From the NCBI GenBank assembly GCA_035400625.1, contig DAOMZT010000004.1, forward strand, positions 1 through 32,000: a stretch of DNA of 32,000 nucleotides, written 5' to 3'. The translations under genes and the position numbers were made by a program. The notes under the pieces were generated by a model. That model did no database searches. It had not been told where the DNA came from and saw only the letters and a list, made by a program, of their open reading frames with translations. Shown in pieces: positions 1 through 8,910 of the stretch; the first letter of the stretch is position 1, and each line of letters opens with the position of its first letter. Source of the DNA: an archaeon. Its GTDB lineage: Archaea > Iainarchaeota > Iainarchaeia > Iainarchaeales > CSSED10-239.

Positions 1-2498
1 GTACGTGGGTTCTGGGTAGAGTTATCACTCCATTTTACAAAATGATAGCTACTATTTGGAATGGCAGTAACAGGCGTGCCATTACCGCCTTTTACAACAG
101 TCTGAGTAGTGGTACCTGAAAGAGTACCACCACTACCTGAAGTGTATTTTAGAGTATAAGTGGTTGAAGAAACTTGATAAGTCCCGATTACTGTCTCAGA
201 AAGTCCAGAAAATTTATTTTTAACACTAATATTAAAATCATAATCTCCTGCAACTAATGAAGAGCCAGAAGTAATTTGTACTGGAATACTAACACTACTA
301 CCTGGAATTATAGAGATTTCTGGAATTGGTGTTATTGTAAAACCTGATGGTAGAGAACTAGCAGAAATCAAAAAATCACTAGTTGAACAAACACTAACAT
401 CTCTATTTGTTACATTTAAATTGTATGTTAAGGTGTCACCTAAATTGCCTGCTTGACTTTTAGGAGTTATTGTGACAACAGGTTTTTTTCTTGTACAACT
501 TGGCATTGATAATGTTATGCTTGCATCAAAAGTTGTGTATGACAATCCAGAAGACATATCTGTAACCAGAACATTAAATTCGTATCTTCCTTCAAGCGAA
601 GGATCAGTTGTAATTTGTACAGGTATAGTCACCATTTCTCCAGGATAAAATGACCTTGTAGGGATAGGAGTTGTTGTAAACCCTGTTGGCAAATTAAAAT
701 TAAAATTAAAATCACTATTTGAACACATACTGTTATTTTTATTTAATACATTTAAATTATATGAAAATGTATTCCCCGCAACCCCTACTAGACTCCTAGG
801 CAAACTAAAATATGCATGTGGCTTATATTTCACACACTCTTGATAATTATCATTTAAATCTACATAAACCGTTGCTGTGCTTTTTGTTTTTTCCATTAAT
901 GTAATTTGAATACCAGTATAAGGATCTGTAAATGTTTGATTAACTAAAAAAGGAGCATCATTAGCAGTTTCTGTTGATGGTACTGCATCAAGCAAATAAG
1001 TTTTTTCATAAACATTATTCTCAGGCCCTAATCTTATCATTATTCCATTTACAGCAGGACTTGTAGTTGAATAATTATCAAACACATCGTGAGGCTCTCT
1101 ATAATCAACATAAATTTGCCTTTTTTGTAAATTTGGATAATTTGGCCTGTATATTTTTAAAAGCTGAGGATTTGTTGTAGGGTTCTCTATAGAAGAAATG
1201 GTATATGTTCCTGTTTGAGTAACTGTTATCATATTCTGATATGGAATAAACTGTGTATTTCCAAAACCTGTTTTAAAAAAAGCATTAAAATGTCTTCTTC
1301 CAGTTGAAGAGCCCATGGTGTCAAAAACATCTCCATACTCTTTATAAGTACATGATTCTGACAATGTCACATATTCATCTCCACTTTTACACCTATATAA
1401 ACTTGCATGACTTAAACCAAAATTATGACCCAATTCATGGTTTACATAGCCACTTTTTAATTCTTCATACCAGGATTTTTTATCTAAAACAGCAGCACTT
1501 GCTTTTCCAGGGCAACTTGTTGATGATCTTACAACATATAATACATAATCATAATTATTATATCTAAAACCATTTACCGTCGCTAATTGATTAGCTTTAT
1601 TCGCCCATTCTGCTTTTTTACAAGGATAATTATCATATGGCAAAGTATAATAGCCAAAGACGTCTCCATTTGTGTTAATATCTCCAATAAATTCTACTTG
1701 ATTGAAACTTACATCTTTAATATATGCGTTTGCAGATAAGGGTCCTGTAAAAACAATCTCTCTTACTTGTTCATGAGTCAAAGGCGGGTCATCTTGAACA
1801 TTTGCAAAATTAAGTAAAATAACTGCAACTTTTCTACTATCTATTGTTGTAGGTGTAGAATTTGTTTGTGCAGGTAAATTAAAATTATCTGGCTCATCTA
1901 AAATATCTACTGACTCATCATCTTCATCTATTAATAATATATCTTTAACTTGCACACCTTTTATTCTTACACTTGTTTTTGGTAAGAATTCATAATCTTC
2001 TATTGAACGTAGCTTAAAACTTTCCTGTTTATCAGTAATGACAAAACTCTCTTCTTCAAAATAGCCCTCTTCAAAGTAATCTGCATGATTAATTTCTATA
2101 GTCCCTTCAATATCTATTGGCTCTTCTATAAACTCTTTAAGCTCCTCTGGTATTTCCGAAATTAAATCATAATCAAGAATTTGCTTTTTTGCTTCTGTTA
2201 TATTTTTTTCTTCTAAAAGTTCATAAATTTTATTTTGTCTCTCTTCTGCAATATTTATTAAGTTGCTAACAATTTCTGGCTTTTCGGTCTCTGATGCATT
2301 TTCATAAATTTCTTTTGCATCTATTATTGTTTTTGTCATTTCAACTAAATCTGTTGGTATTTGAGAAGGCAAAACATTATCTGCTTGCCCTTTTTTTATT
2401 GAGTATCTTGATTGAAATAACATTAGAAATACAACTATAACTAAAATAAGTATCACTATAAACCAAAAAACTTTATTTTTATCTATTTTCTTTTTCAT
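1..2498 (-). CDS. Secreted or membrane-anchored zinc metalloprotease (metzincin, gametolysin/M11-like) with C-terminal Ig-like repeats; the C-terminus runs off the window
   Basis: Absent from the ORF track because it is open to the window edge. Hand translation of the minus strand from ATG at 2498 gives MKKKIDKNKVFWFIVILILVIVVFLMLF (N-terminal TM/signal anchor), then GYVNHELGHNFGLSHA (HExxHxxGxxH, nt 1407-1439), then YKEYGDVFDTMGS. Two tandem ~105-aa Ig/CARDB-like repeats follow (nt ~175-830), then ...SSYHFVKWSDNSTQNP, which resembles an InlB B-repeat module. The frame was spot-checked at several points and has no stop down to nt 3. Confidence 0.85.
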   Translation of the reverse strand, partial: MKKKIDKNKVFWFIVILILVIVVFLMLFQSRYSIKKGQADNVLPSQIPTDLVEMTKTIIDAKEIYENASETEKPEIVSNLINIAEERQNKIYELLEEKNITEAKKQILDYDLISEIPEELKEFIEEPIDIEGTIEINHADYFEEGYFEEESFVITDKQESFKLRSIEDYEFLPKTSVRIKGVQVKDILLIDEDDESVDILDEPDNFNLPAQTNSTPTTIDSRKVAVILLNFANVQDDPPLTHEQVREIVFTGPLSANAYIKDVSFNQVEFIGDINTNGDVFGYYTLPYDNYPCKKAEWANKANQLATVNGFRYNNYDYVLYVVRSSTSCPGKASAAVLDKKSWYEELKSGYVNHELGHNFGLSHASLYRCKSGDEYVTLSESCTYKEYGDVFDTMGSSTGRRHFNAFFKTGFGNTQFIPYQNMITVTQTGTYTISSIENPTTNPQLLKIYRPNYPNLQKRQIYVDYREPHDVFDNYSTTSPAVNGIMIRLGPENNVYEKTYLLDAVPSTETANDAPFLVNQTFTDPYTGIQITLMEKTKSTATVYVDLNDNYQECVKYKPHAYFSLPRSLVGVAGNTFSYNLNVLNKNNSMCSNSDFNFNFNLPTGFTTTPIPTRSFYPGEMVTIPVQITTDPSLEGRYEFNVLVTDMSSGLSYTTFDASITLSMPSCTRKKPVVTITPKSQAGNLGDTLTYNLNVTNRDVSVCSTSDFLISASSLPSGFTITPIPEISIIPGSSVSIPVQITSGSSLVAGDYDFNISVKNKFSGLSETVIGTYQVSSTTYTLKYTSGSGGTLSGTTTQTVVKGGNGTPVTAIPNSSYHFVKWSDNSTQNPR
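175..830 (-). repeat. Two tandem ~320-nt diverged coding repeats (Ig-like domain duplication) inside the protease gene
   Basis: The peptides ...GNTFSYNLNVLNKNNSMCSNSDFNFNFNLPTGFTTTPIPTRSFYPGEMVTIPVQITT... and ...GDTLTYNLNVTNRDVSVCSTSDFLISASSLPSGFTITPIPEISIIPGSSVSIPVQITS... align colinearly. The DNA similarity is visible by eye, e.g. gtaatttgtac(t/a)gg at ~270 and ~612. Confidence 0.7.
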
Positions 2499-2593
2499 GG
2501 TTAAAGCCAAAAACTATTTACTAAATAAAGGAAACAAATTATATTTAATTATATCTATTTGGTCATTCCAAAATTATTTTTTATTAGAATAAG

Positions 2594-2676
2594 CGCAGAG
2601 GCTGGGATTTGAACCCAGGTAGTCTTTCGACTCTAGCTTAGCAGGCTAGCGCGTTTGACCACTCCGCCACCTCTGC
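2594..2676 (-). tRNA. tRNA-Ser (anticodon GCU), no intron
   Basis: The reverse complement folds as acceptor GCAGAGG/CCTCTGC, anticodon stem CTAGC/GCTAG with loop CT-GCT-AA, a long variable arm AGTC-GAAA-GACT, T arm CTGGG-TTCAAAT-CCCAG and discriminator G. It forms a GC-rich island in AT-rich DNA. Confidence 0.9.
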
Positions 2677-2883
2677 ATTAATCTATTATCACGAATTCAT
2701 ATAAATTGATATCGCAGTTATCTGCAATATCTTTCCTTCAATCTTTAAGAATCCGACAATATATTTAATATTAAAAAGCTATATAAAACCATATTACTTG
2801 TGTTTTTTTCTATTTAAATATATTTCTGTATATAATATATATGTATATATCATAACAAAATAATCTATTTTGTGTGGCTAATT

Positions 2884-3591
2884 ATGAAGATAAAAGAAAG
2901 AATAGTTGTTGAGCTTAAGAATATCTATAAAATATATAGCATGGGCTCTGCTTCTAGTGTTCATGCACTTGATGGGGTAGACTTAAAAATAAAACAAGGA
3001 GAATTAATAGCAATCATGGGTCCAAGTGGCTCTGGCAAATCAACAATGATGCATATTATCGGTGCTCTCGATCTGCCTAGCAAAGGAAAGCTATACCTTG
3101 ATGGAATAGATATTTCAAACCTAGAAGAAGATAAGCTTGCAGAAATTAGAGGTAAAAAAATTGGCTTTGTTTTTCAAAATTTTAATCTTATTCCAACTCT
3201 AACTGCCTTAGAAAATGTAATGCTACCTTTGTTATTTCAAGAAAGCGATACAACCATAAAAAACCAAGAAAAACGCTGTAAAGCACTTTTAGGTCTTGTT
3301 GGCCTTGGAGATAGAATAACACACAAACCAACAGAGTTATCTGGTGGACAACAACAAAGAGTAGCAATAGCTAGAGCACTTGTTAATGATCCAGAGATTA
3401 TTCTAGCAGATGAACCAACAGGAGCACTTGATTCAAAATCAAGCCTAGAAATCATGGATCTTTTAAAAGACCTAAACAAAAACGGAAAAACAGTAATATT
3501 AATAACACACGATAAAAACGTAGCAAACATTGCAAAAAGACAAATACATCTAAAAGATGGAAAAATAGAAGAAGACATAAAAACCAAATAG
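2884..3591 (+). CDS. ABC transporter ATP-binding protein, MacB/LolD/FtsE-type
   Basis: Walker A GPSGSGKST, signature LSGGQQQRVAIARAL and Walker B ILADEPTGALD are present. The ATG at 2884 is preferred over the GTG at 2872 listed in the track. Confidence 0.92.
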   Translation: MKIKERIVVELKNIYKIYSMGSASSVHALDGVDLKIKQGELIAIMGPSGSGKSTMMHIIGALDLPSKGKLYLDGIDISNLEEDKLAEIRGKKIGFVFQNFNLIPTLTALENVMLPLLFQESDTTIKNQEKRCKALLGLVGLGDRITHKPTELSGGQQQRVAIARALVNDPEIILADEPTGALDSKSSLEIMDLLKDLNKNGKTVILITHDKNVANIAKRQIHLKDGKIEEDIKTK

Positions 3592-3598
3592 ATAAAAA

Positions 3599-4795
3599 AT
3601 GATTCAGAAAATCAAATTTGTTCTGGGAAATATACAAAGAAGAAAACTTCGAAATTGGCTAACCATACTTGGAATTGTTGTTGGAGTAATTGCAATTGTT
3701 TCTCTAATATCTTTATCAGAAGGACTAAAAAACACTATAAATGAAAAATATGATAGTCTTGGAGCAAATAAAATAACAATAACCTCTAAATATATGGACT
3801 TTGGTGGAGGACAAAGCTCTAAAGGCTTAACAGACGAAGATATTAGATCTATTAAAAAGATAAGTGATGTTGAAATTGTAAGCGGATCAATAAATGGGGT
3901 GTTAGAAACAAAATATGCTCAAAAAACACTAATGCTTTCCTATGTGTCCTATGATGCAGAAAACTTCAAAGAAATATTATCACAAAGCAATCTTGAAATT
4001 GAAAGCGGAGACTATATTTCTGATGAGAAAACAAAAGCAATAGTTGTTGGTTACAATTTTATAAACCCAGAGAAATCAAAAGATCTTTTTGGAAAAACAC
4101 TAACAATTGGAAAGAAAATAAAGATTGATGGTAGCGATTATACAGTAATTGGCGTTCTTAAAAAAACAGGAGATGCTAGGAATGACAATCAAATCTATAT
4201 GTCAAATGAAAACTTAAAAGAACTAACAAACACAGAAACCTACGATTCTATATTTGCAATTGTCAAATCAGGAAAAGATATAGAAAACACTGCAAAAAGA
4301 ATAGAGATTAGACTTGAAAAAGACAGGGGTTCAAAAGATGTTATTGTTACTTCTCCAATCCAAGAATCAAAAAACAGAGAAGAAACTTTAGGAATAGTAA
4401 CAATCGTTGTTGTGGGCATTGCTTGTATTTCTTTATTGGTTGGAGGAGTTGGAATACTTAACTCAATGTATACCTCTGTATTTGAGAGAAAAAAAGAAAT
4501 TGGAGTATTAAAAGCAATAGGAGCTAAAAAAAGAGACATATTATTGATGTTTTTATTAGAGTCTGGAATCATTGGCTTACTTGGAGGAATAATTGGTGTG
4601 ATATTGGGGTTTAGCTTGGCTTACTTAGTTAAAATAATTGCAGCATACATAGATATTACAATAAATATCTCAATAACTTTACAAATAATAATTATCGCAC
4701 TTGGATTTTCCTTTCTGATTGGAGTAATTTCAGGAATGATACCAGCATATCTTGCATCAAGCCAAGAGCCTGTTGATGCATTAAGAGAAGAATAA
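3599..4795 (+). CDS. ABC transporter permease, MacB/FtsX family (permease 1)
   Basis: N-terminal TM (LTILGIVVGVIAIVSLISL), a ~230-aa extracytoplasmic domain and three C-terminal TMs, with the FtsX-type motif ERKKEIGVLKAIGAKKRDI. It starts 7 nt after the ATPase gene. Confidence 0.88.
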   Translation: MIQKIKFVLGNIQRRKLRNWLTILGIVVGVIAIVSLISLSEGLKNTINEKYDSLGANKITITSKYMDFGGGQSSKGLTDEDIRSIKKISDVEIVSGSINGVLETKYAQKTLMLSYVSYDAENFKEILSQSNLEIESGDYISDEKTKAIVVGYNFINPEKSKDLFGKTLTIGKKIKIDGSDYTVIGVLKKTGDARNDNQIYMSNENLKELTNTETYDSIFAIVKSGKDIENTAKRIEIRLEKDRGSKDVIVTSPIQESKNREETLGIVTIVVVGIACISLLVGGVGILNSMYTSVFERKKEIGVLKAIGAKKRDILLMFLLESGIIGLLGGIIGVILGFSLAYLVKIIAAYIDITINISITLQIIIIALGFSFLIGVISGMIPAYLASSQEPVDALREE

Positions 4796-4827
4796 ATAAT
4801 TTTAAAAAACAAAAGGTGAGATTAAAA

Positions 4828-6096
4828 ATGAAAACAAAAAACATAATTATTCTGCTGTTTACTGTTATTTTACTTAATGGTGTATGTGCAGCAAACACAG
4901 ACTATGACACTATAAACTTAGTTGCAGACACTTACAACTACAGTCCTGTTCCTGTAATGCCAGGACAAGAATTTGAATTGTGGATACAATTAACAAACAA
5001 CAGCAACAGCATTGCTGAGAACATAACCTATCTATTAGATCTGGAATATCCTTTTGAAATTTCAGACTTTAATAACACAACGCAAACAATATCTAGATTG
5101 TCTCCATATCAATCAACAATAATCAAATACAAATTAAAAACAGACCTAAAAACACAAGATGGAACATACGAACTAAATTTTAAATATAGAGTGAAAAATA
5201 GCGAAATATACAATCTAAAAAAATACAAAATTGATGTGGCTTCAAAAACCTCTGTTCTTGAAGTTACAAAAACCGCGCTTTCTGATTTGTCGATTGGTGC
5301 AGATGGCACACTAAAGATAACTATCAGTAACCTTAGTGCCAGAGCAGTAAGAGATGTATTTGTAACACTTGAAGACTCAATAGGAGATTACATTTCTGTT
5401 CTTGATCTTAAAACACAATATATAGATCACATAAATGCAAACTCAGAAATTATAGCAACATACAAGATAAATGTTGCAAAAACAGTAACACAAACAAGCT
5501 ATTCTCTTCCACTTACAGTGAAATACACAAGCACTTCAGGAATTGACACAATAACTAGAGATATAGGTATAAAGATAAATGATAATCCAAAGATGGTTCT
5601 AAACATCATAAATGTTGGTGCAAACAATAACAATAAAATTTACATTGGAAACAAAGAAAAGATAGAGCTTGAAATTTACAATGTAGGAAACATTGATGCA
5701 GAAGCAGTTTATGCAGAAATGACAAGCACAATCTCTTTTGAACAACCTAAATATTTTGTTGGGGCAATTGAGAAAGACAACTATGATTCTGTAATTTTGG
5801 AATTTAATACAAAAAGAGACATTAAGCCAGGAAGCTACCCAATACAAATAACAATAAAATACAAAGACGCATCATTAAAGGAACAAGAGATAACAAAAGG
5901 CATAACTGTAGATGTTGTAAAAAATCCACAAAACAAATCTTTCTTTTCAGGAGTTTTTAGCTTCTTGATTGGTGTTATTGTGTTTGTAATAATTTTAGCA
6001 CTAATAATACTATTCCTAAGATGGGCAAATAAAGCAATATTAAAACCAGCATATGGTGGTTTAATAGAAAAGATTTTCAAAAGAAAGAAAAAATGA
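4828..6096 (+). CDS. Cell-surface protein with signal peptide, repeated Ig/CARDB-like (COG1361 S-layer-domain-like) modules, C-terminal TM anchor and basic tail
   Basis: Signal-like N-terminus MKTKNIIILLFTVILLNGVCA. Repeated beta-rich modules such as YSPVPVMPGQEFELWIQLTNNS and VTKTALSDLSIGADGTLKITISNLS. Many N-x-S/T sequons. C-terminal TM FFSGVFSFLIGVIVFVIILALIILFL followed by KIFKRKKK. GGTGAG lies 8 nt upstream of the ATG at 4828. Confidence 0.75.
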   Translation: MKTKNIIILLFTVILLNGVCAANTDYDTINLVADTYNYSPVPVMPGQEFELWIQLTNNSNSIAENITYLLDLEYPFEISDFNNTTQTISRLSPYQSTIIKYKLKTDLKTQDGTYELNFKYRVKNSEIYNLKKYKIDVASKTSVLEVTKTALSDLSIGADGTLKITISNLSARAVRDVFVTLEDSIGDYISVLDLKTQYIDHINANSEIIATYKINVAKTVTQTSYSLPLTVKYTSTSGIDTITRDIGIKINDNPKMVLNIINVGANNNNKIYIGNKEKIELEIYNVGNIDAEAVYAEMTSTISFEQPKYFVGAIEKDNYDSVILEFNTKRDIKPGSYPIQITIKYKDASLKEQEITKGITVDVVKNPQNKSFFSGVFSFLIGVIVFVIILALIILFLRWANKAILKPAYGGLIEKIFKRKKK

Positions 6097-7307
6097 TTTC
6101 AGAAAAATATAAGTCATTGATTAATCTCACCATAAAGAGCATACAGAGAAAGAAGTTAAGATCAGCCTTAACTATTCTTTCTGTAATTATAGGTATTGCT
6201 TCTGTAGTAGCCTTAGTTATTTTAAGCGAAGGATTGATTTCTGCAGTTACTGAGCAATTTGATAAAATGGGCGCTAATTCTATAATGATATTGCCTACTA
6301 ACTTTGGAAGTAACCCACACACAACAGGAAGAGTATCAAAAGATTCTATGTTAAATATGAAAGATGCAGATAATCTTTCTAAACTTGCAGAAATAGAAGA
6401 CACCTTCCCTATAATGCTTTTTACTGCTAGAGGAGAATATAAAAACGAAGAACAGTTTGTTTATGTTTCGACTATTCCTTCTGATCGTCTAGACTCTTTT
6501 ATAGATTATGTAGGTATTAAAATAAAAGAAGGCAAAAGCTTTGATGGAAAAGAAGGTCATTTTGCTGTTGTAGGTCCAAATTTTACAAAAACATATAAAA
6601 GAGAAATAAAGGTTGGAGACACAATAAAACTAAATGGTGTAAGTTTTAAAATATGTGGAATATTAGATGCAATTGGAATGGAAGAATATGATGCCACCAT
6701 TTATATTGATAGAAAAGCAGGTCTTGAAGTTAACAACTATGGGGAAACTGTAAATTATATAATACTCAAATCAAAGATAGATGCAGATGCTAGATTAGTA
6801 GTTAAAAAAGCAGAAAAAGTACTTAGTAGGAATAGAAAAGAAGACACATTTATAGTTATTAGTGCAGAGTCTTTTTTAAATTTGATTAAAATAGTCCTTA
6901 ATATTATGAGATCTATTCTTATTGCAATTGCAGGAATCTCTTTAATTGTAGCATCCCTTGGTATTGCAAACTCAGTATTTACTTCTGTTCTAGAAAGGAC
7001 AAGAGAGATTGGCATATTAAAATCAATAGGTGCAAGAATAAATGATATTGTTTTTATATTTGTATTTGAATCTGTATTATTAACTGTTATTGGTGGAATA
7101 ATTGGTTTTTTTGTGGGTATAGGCATAGCAAAGATAATTATTATCTATGCAGCAAGTAAAAACTTTACAATGCTTGCTATTAACATAACCCCTTGGCTTG
7201 TAATCTCAATCTTATTATTATCTTTGGTTGTAGGTGTTATTTCTGGGTTATTCCCTGCTAGGGCTGCAGCAAAGATGAATGTTGTTGATGCTTTAAGGAA
7301 GCAATAA
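6093..7307 (+). CDS. ABC transporter permease, MacB/FtsX family (permease 2, diverged paralogue of permease 1)
   Basis: Same architecture as permease 1, with motif ERTREIGILKSIGARINDI. The ATGA start/stop overlap with the preceding gene at 6093-6096 suggests translational coupling. Confidence 0.88.
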   Translation: MISEKYKSLINLTIKSIQRKKLRSALTILSVIIGIASVVALVILSEGLISAVTEQFDKMGANSIMILPTNFGSNPHTTGRVSKDSMLNMKDADNLSKLAEIEDTFPIMLFTARGEYKNEEQFVYVSTIPSDRLDSFIDYVGIKIKEGKSFDGKEGHFAVVGPNFTKTYKREIKVGDTIKLNGVSFKICGILDAIGMEEYDATIYIDRKAGLEVNNYGETVNYIILKSKIDADARLVVKKAEKVLSRNRKEDTFIVISAESFLNLIKIVLNIMRSILIAIAGISLIVASLGIANSVFTSVLERTREIGILKSIGARINDIVFIFVFESVLLTVIGGIIGFFVGIGIAKIIIIYAASKNFTMLAINITPWLVISILLLSLVVGVISGLFPARAAAKMNVVDALRKQ

Positions 7308-7368
7308 GACCATTTATAAATATTTCTTAGATAAAATATAATATAGACCTTTACAATATTTCATTAAT

Positions 7369-7440
7369 GCTTCTATAGCTCAGTGGTAGAGCGCTGGTCT
7401 TGTAAACCGGAGGTCGAGGGTTCAAATCCCCCTAGAAGCT
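7369..7440 (+). tRNA. tRNA-Thr (anticodon UGU), no intron
   Basis: Acceptor GCTTCTA/TAGAAGC, D arm GCTC-AGTGGTA-GAGC, anticodon stem CTGGT/ACCGG with loop CT-TGT-AA, and T arm GAGGG-TTCAAAT-CCCCC (one A-C mismatch). Confidence 0.9.
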
Positions 7441-7451
7441 TTTAACTAAAA

Positions 7452-8003
7452 TTAGTCAAATACTTTTTCTACAAGCCTTTTATATTCTTTGTACATTTGA
7501 GTATCAGAGATTTCAGAAATTTGCTCAAGAACACCGCGATAATAAATTTGTTGAGTGTCTTTTCCTACCTTAAAATGACTGAATGTCTTCTCTTCGCCAT
7601 ATTTTTCCATATCCCTATAGATGTCTCTTATATTTGATAATTTGTCTGCACATTTTAAAAGCTTAGTTTCCTTTGAAGCTGTCTTTAAATGTTCTATGCT
7701 TTCGGTTTTTCTTTCAAGCCAAGTCTTTGATTTATCTCTTTCTGTTATAGACATTACAAGATATGTTACTCTTTCTCCAAATTCTTTCCTTAATTCGTTT
7801 TCTGTTACACCCGTATGCTCTATATCTTCAACAACATCGTGGAGAAATCCAGCAACAATAAGGTCTTCATCAATAATATCATTTTTATAAAGAATAGAAA
7901 CCACATCCATAAGATGCACAAAATAAGGACAATTATTTGTCTTTCTTTTCTGGGTTTTATGTTTTTCGTAAGCAAAAACCATTGCTTTTTCTATTTTATC
8001 CAT
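7452..8003 (-). CDS. HD-domain hydrolase of the RelA/SpoT (HD_4) type, small-alarmone-hydrolase/Mesh1-like
   Basis: Matches the SpoT hydrolase-domain pattern: AYEKHKTQKRK..PYFVHLMDV...IVAGFLHDVVEDIEHTGVTENELRKEFGERVTYLV...LLKCADKLSNI. AGGAG precedes the ATG at 8003. An alternative ATG at 8015 overlaps the upstream stop (ATGA). Confidence 0.75.
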   Translation of the reverse strand: MDKIEKAMVFAYEKHKTQKRKTNNCPYFVHLMDVVSILYKNDIIDEDLIVAGFLHDVVEDIEHTGVTENELRKEFGERVTYLVMSITERDKSKTWLERKTESIEHLKTASKETKLLKCADKLSNIRDIYRDMEKYGEEKTFSHFKVGKDTQQIYYRGVLEQISEISDTQMYKEYKRLVEKVFD

Positions 8004-8011
8004 ATTTCTCC

Positions 8012-8842
8012 TCATTTCTTTCTTGTAATTTCCAATATATTATAACCTGGATTTGATATATCTGGTTTGATTTCTATCATATAAGATTTAGCTACACCTT
8101 TCCCTAAATAACTTTCTAACATTCTATAAACAGTAGGAATGAGCCTTTGTGTCTGAGCATAATTTCTTTGTAATTGTCTTAATTTAGACTTTTCTACCTT
8201 TAACTCTGATTCTGTAAAGTCAAAAGGTCTTTCATTAATATAGTGCTTGTTATTTTCTAAATAATTTTTTATCACACTATCAGAAAGTAATTGTATCTTT
8301 GCTACACCATTTGGTTTAAGCATAAGAGAACATAAAAAACAATTATATGCAATATAAGAGGTATGTATTCCTACACTCATTGGTGCTGCAACAACATCAT
8401 AATTATTTCTTAATGTTTCAATTAATTTTTTATGTGCAGGATTTTTAATATCAATTTCTTCGAGATTAAGATTCATAGAGTAATCTTTGTGTACAACTTT
8501 CTTTGCTTTATTAGATAACATTTTAGTTATGCCCATGGTTTCTATCTTTGGATTTATCTTTTTAGCATATAAATGATTCTTAAGTTCTATTAATTCTTCA
8601 CCAATACCTGCACCAATAACTAATATTTTTGGCTTTTTATTCTTAGATGGAAAATTATTAACAAGATCAGAATACAGATAATTATTATAAAATCTTTTTT
8701 TAGTTCCGATATTGTTTCCCCAAACAGATGTTTCAAGGCGCCCTTCCCTAATATCTAGATTATGATTAGCTGGTTTTCTAATCTTCCCAAAACTCTTATT
8801 CGTAATTTTTCTTTTAGGTCTTGGATTATAAAATTTTGGCAT
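8012..8842 (-). CDS. Hypothetical protein, possible class I SAM-dependent methyltransferase fold
   Basis: Rossmann/motif-I-like KILVIGAGIGEE, later YDVVAAPMSVG and LKPNGV, and a very basic N-terminus. This is weak motif-level evidence only. Confidence 0.4.
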   Translation of the reverse strand: MPKFYNPRPKRKITNKSFGKIRKPANHNLDIREGRLETSVWGNNIGTKKRFYNNYLYSDLVNNFPSKNKKPKILVIGAGIGEELIELKNHLYAKKINPKIETMGITKMLSNKAKKVVHKDYSMNLNLEEIDIKNPAHKKLIETLRNNYDVVAAPMSVGIHTSYIAYNCFLCSLMLKPNGVAKIQLLSDSVIKNYLENNKHYINERPFDFTESELKVEKSKLRQLQRNYAQTQRLIPTVYRMLESYLGKGVAKSYMIEIKPDISNPGYNILEITRKK

Positions 8843-8910
8843 AACTTGTCTTCTCCATAAATTATATACTTAAAACCATTTTATAAACATTACTTAGTCT
8901 AATTATTATT

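Noticed and set aside
1304-1567. 87-aa plus-strand ORF listed in the track
   Set aside because: It lies antisense inside the long minus-strand metalloprotease ORF, opposite the HExxH region. Its His/Leu/Ile-rich low-complexity translation is typical of an antisense frame in AT-rich DNA.
2872-2883. Upstream alternative starts in the track: GTG for the ABC ATPase (2872) and the surface protein (4816); ATG for Trx (21131), MBL (17715) and aCPSF2 (30448)
   Set aside because: In each case a downstream ATG is preceded by a GGTGA/AGGAG-type motif, and the extension encodes AT-rich promoter-like sequence or overlaps the neighbouring gene.
2594-7440. tRNA-Ser to tRNA-Thr interval as an integrated mobile or genomic island
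   Set aside because: I found no integrase, recombinase or transposase, and no direct repeat of either tRNA 3' end. Composition and RBS usage match the rest of the window. The flanking by tRNAs is noted only as context.
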